From assembly GCA_037447605.1 (NCBI GenBank), contig CM074821.1:1240001-1304000 (forward strand): a stretch of DNA of 64,000 bases, read 5' to 3'. This stretch comes from Zygnema circumcarinatum SAG 698-1b (Eukaryota; Plantae; Zygnematophyceae). The notes under the pieces were generated by a model, which was not told the origin of the DNA, made no database searches, and worked only from the letters and a program-made list of their open reading frames with translations. Every line of letters begins with the position of its first letter. The first letter of the stretch is position 1. A program made the translations under genes and the position numbers. Of the stretch, positions 61,038-64,000 are shown in pieces.

Positions 61038-63938
61038 ATGGCCGGGGACGGGCAGGGCCGGGGGCAGGGGCTGTGCTGGGTGGCGGCCATGGCGGCCATG
61101 GCGGCAATCACGGCCATGGTGGCGATAGTGGTGCTGACGGGGGCACACCTCCTGCTGATGCCGGGGAGCCTGCCCGCACTCTGGGGGGCGAGAAAAGGGG
61201 GGGGGGGGGTGGGGGAGGGATTGGCGGGGCAGCTGAAGCTGCTGCAGGAGAGCTGGATGAGGGCGAGGGAGGGGGAAGAGGGGGGGGGAGGCCAGGGGGG
61301 AAGGGGGAAAGAGGATGAAGGAGGGAGAAAAGTGAGAAATTGGGGAGGAAGGAGGGGAAAGCGGTGGGGAAGAGGAGGAGTATGGTTGGTCAGCAAAGAG
61401 AAAAAAGGAGGTGAGGGAGAGGGGGAGGAAGGAACGGTGAAGGAGGTGAGGGGATTTGATATGGGGGAGTATGGGGGAGAGGAGGAGGGGGAGGGGGAGG
61501 GGGAGGTGGAGGTGGGGAGCAGAGGGGAGGGGGAAAGGGAGGCAAGGGAAAGTGAGAGGGACGCAGTAGTGGGAGGCAGCGAAAGAGAGGGAGATGGAGA
61601 ACGAATATCTCTCAATGAATCCATGGCTGCTTCTGAGAAGAAGTGGAAGAGCCAAAATCTCGAGAAGGAGATGAATATGTTGGAAGAGGGAGAGGGCACT
61701 GAACAAGGAAGTGAGGGAGATATCGAGCAGAGAGAGGTGGCAGCCATGGATTCTATTATACAACGGCCTCCCCCTTCTCCATATGCAATGTGGTGGAGGA
61801 GCTGGAAAGGAGAGTATGAGTTTGATTCGGAGCAGAAATATCTCCTCTATCCGAGAACTCGGAAGGAATTTGAAGTGGGCGTTGGGCAGCGGCGGCGGAG
61901 CTTGGCCTGCATGGCGGGGGAGGCCATGGCTCTGCATCGCATCCTCGTCGTCGACACCGAAGTTTATGTTCCTCCGGAAGAGAGCAAAAACGGGACGAGT
62001 GTGGTGAACGATATCGGGCAATATCTCGATTATTGGCGTCTACGGAGGTGGGGTTGATCTCTGTGAGGGAGAAATAGGAAGGGAGAGAGACTGGAGGGGG
62101 GAAGCGCAAGGGGGGGGGAGAGATTCAGAGAGAGCGGATGAGAGAGAAAGAGAGAGAGGTAAGGAGTTAAAGAACTTGGGGGGTGGAGTATGGAAAAGGG
62201 AAAAGGCGTGAGATAGGAGAGAGGGGGAGAGCAAGGGGGGGAGATATATTTAAGGATAGTCAGTGAGTGAGAGAGAGAGTGAGACGGAGATATGGAGTTA
62301 GAGGAGAGAGAAGAGAGAGAGAGAACTTCCACTCACATTCTGTGCGTTATTCGTGGCGATTTGCAGGGAATTTCCCACCATTGACATGTCTACTTTCATG
62401 ACTGGGTGGGCGGCATGGAACCGCTCGAATCCCGACCACCCCATCACATTTTTCGATGCTCCGATTGAAAGAAGACTGCCGCTTGATGAGATGCGAAGGA
62501 GTGATGCAACAATTATTCGCAGGGTCCACTTAAACGAGAGCGAGGGACCGGACTTACTTCAAGTTTGTGAAGAGAACAAGGTTCGCTTTCTCGTAATACT
62601 TTTGTTATGACTTAGTATCTGTCTCATGAAGTCTACTTGTTATTATTACCGTTCAAAGTATTCGGCTCGTTTCATCCTTTCAGGACTGGTACTTACTTCG
62701 TCCTCTCTAGTAGTGCAAAATTATTTGAATAATGTTTTTGCATTGTTTTTGATGATACGGATCAGGAAATTGAAAGGCCGGTAGATGCTGTCAGATATGC
62801 CCCTCTCCTGGTGAAGGTGGCGGAAAAAATCCGCGGCTTGTTGCCGCAACACTTTGTGTCGGTGAGGGTGGAGANNNNNNNNNNGGGAGAGGGAGAGGGA
62901 GAGGGAGAGGGAGAGGGAGAGGGAGATCTCCTCTCACTTGTCTGCATTTCCCCCCTCCATCTCATTTTCCTTATTTCCTAACACTCTGCTGATGGTTTTC
63001 ATTCTTGTTGGCTTTTCTTTTGGGTTTTATTTGTTTTCCATTTTAACCTCCTGAGCAAGGATTCGACATATTCAAGTGAATCCATTGCTTGCTGCTTTAT
63101 CCTCCCACAGTTACTTGTGCTCTCGTGATTGTCTCCTCACACTCTCTACTCCTCCCATTTGTGCACGTTCCTTTCCACACTCTCCACTTTCACGGATTGG
63201 AAATTGGAAGGATAAAAAATAAGGTAAAGCAAGAGAGAGAGAGAGAGGTAGAGGGTGAGGGAGAGAGGGTGAGGGAGAGAAGAGTGGAAGTGAGAAAGAG
63301 AGAAAAGAGAGAGAGTGAGAGAGAGTAGTAGTTCATGCATATAGACGATCTCCAGCGGAGAAGCCGTACACCCCACTGCCTTCTATTCCTCGTCAGCTCC
63401 TTCCAATTCTCTCCCCTCCTCTCCCTCTTTCTCTCTCGCTCTCCATGCGTCTCTCCCTTCTCTCCTTCCATATAACATCTTTGCCTGCAGCAAGTAGCAA
63501 TTAGAAGCACGCTTTGACATGTTTCAGTTTGCTGGCAGCCCTTTGACGAAAAAAAAATAGGAATAGTGGGGTAAATCACAACGCTGGAGAGAGAGAGAGA
63601 GAGAGAGTAGGAGAGAGAAAGGGAAGCGGGAATTACTTATGAGTTAAGCTTAGCATCTCTAACAATATCGTGGTTATTCTGTCCTGTCATTGATTTTTGT
63701 TGTGCTATCTTGCAGCATATCGCATGTACTGGCCCAAAAAGGAGTTGCTCCTAAAGCGACAGTGTGGATAATTACAGACGAGAACGACCCCGACTTCTTT
63801 TTTAAGCTGAAGGGACTCTATGCATGCAAGTTTCTGGACGACTTTTCGAAGCTGTGGGAGTCGCACAGTCAGTGGTGGATCGACATGAGGGAGATATGCG
63901 GAGAGGGCTGCAGGCCCGCCATGGATGGCTTCATGCGG
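61038..63938 (+). CDS. SUB1/At4g12700-like O-fucosyltransferase-family protein, copy R; runs off the window end
   Basis: Exons 61038-62047, 62367-62580, 62766-62861 and 63716-63938. The last encodes VWIITDENDPDFFFKLKGLY..KFLDDFSKLWESHSQWW..DGFMR, matching the SUB1-family YIATNEP..FF..LK..Y..FLD.FK.LW..S.W..FDGYMR motif (from memory). A short exon with the H..RGD catalytic motif is missing, probably in the 62875 gap. Confidence 0.8.
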
Positions 63939-64000
63939 GTCAGCTTGCTTGACTTCATTGCTCTATTCTCTCTATCGGTTAAGCTTTTAAAACACCCTTT

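Larger units (their letters stand above)
51380..62608. repeat. Right arm of the large inverted duplication (partner 24879-36645)
   Basis: Reverse-complement homology across GALT, the intergenic region and FucT exons 1-2, with many substitutions and indels. Confidence 0.92.

Overview
Eukaryotic, intron-rich genomic DNA with canonical GT-AG introns, very long CT/GA microsatellite tracts, two 100-N gaps and five 10-N gaps. Gene content and intron style suggest a streptophyte, probably an alga (inference, not proven). The left 25 kb holds two head-to-head housekeeping genes. One is a 16-exon eRF3/Sup35 (minus strand) with a long PAM2 plus Y/G/Q/P-rich N-domain. The other is a >3,100-aa PTM-like Tudor-DDT-PHD chromatin protein (plus strand) that reads in frame into an extra PZP module and is cut by a gap. 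The remaining ~39 kb contains only glycan-modifying genes: three SUB1/At4g12700-like O-fucosyltransferase-family paralogs, two galectin-GT31 (Hyp-O-galactosyltransferase, GALT-type) copies, an intron-containing bacterial-type WbsX glycosyltransferase with a homopolymer frameshift, and the 3' part of an FkbM-family methyltransferase. The FucT-GALT head-to-head pair forms the two arms of a ~11-12 kb diverged inverted duplication (24879-36645 / 51380-62608) flanking a 14.7 kb spacer with the other three genes. The most interesting signal is this candidate glycoprotein/cell-wall glycan biosynthetic cluster. All exon structures and family assignments were derived by eye from splice sites, reading-frame phase and remembered family motifs; no database search was run.
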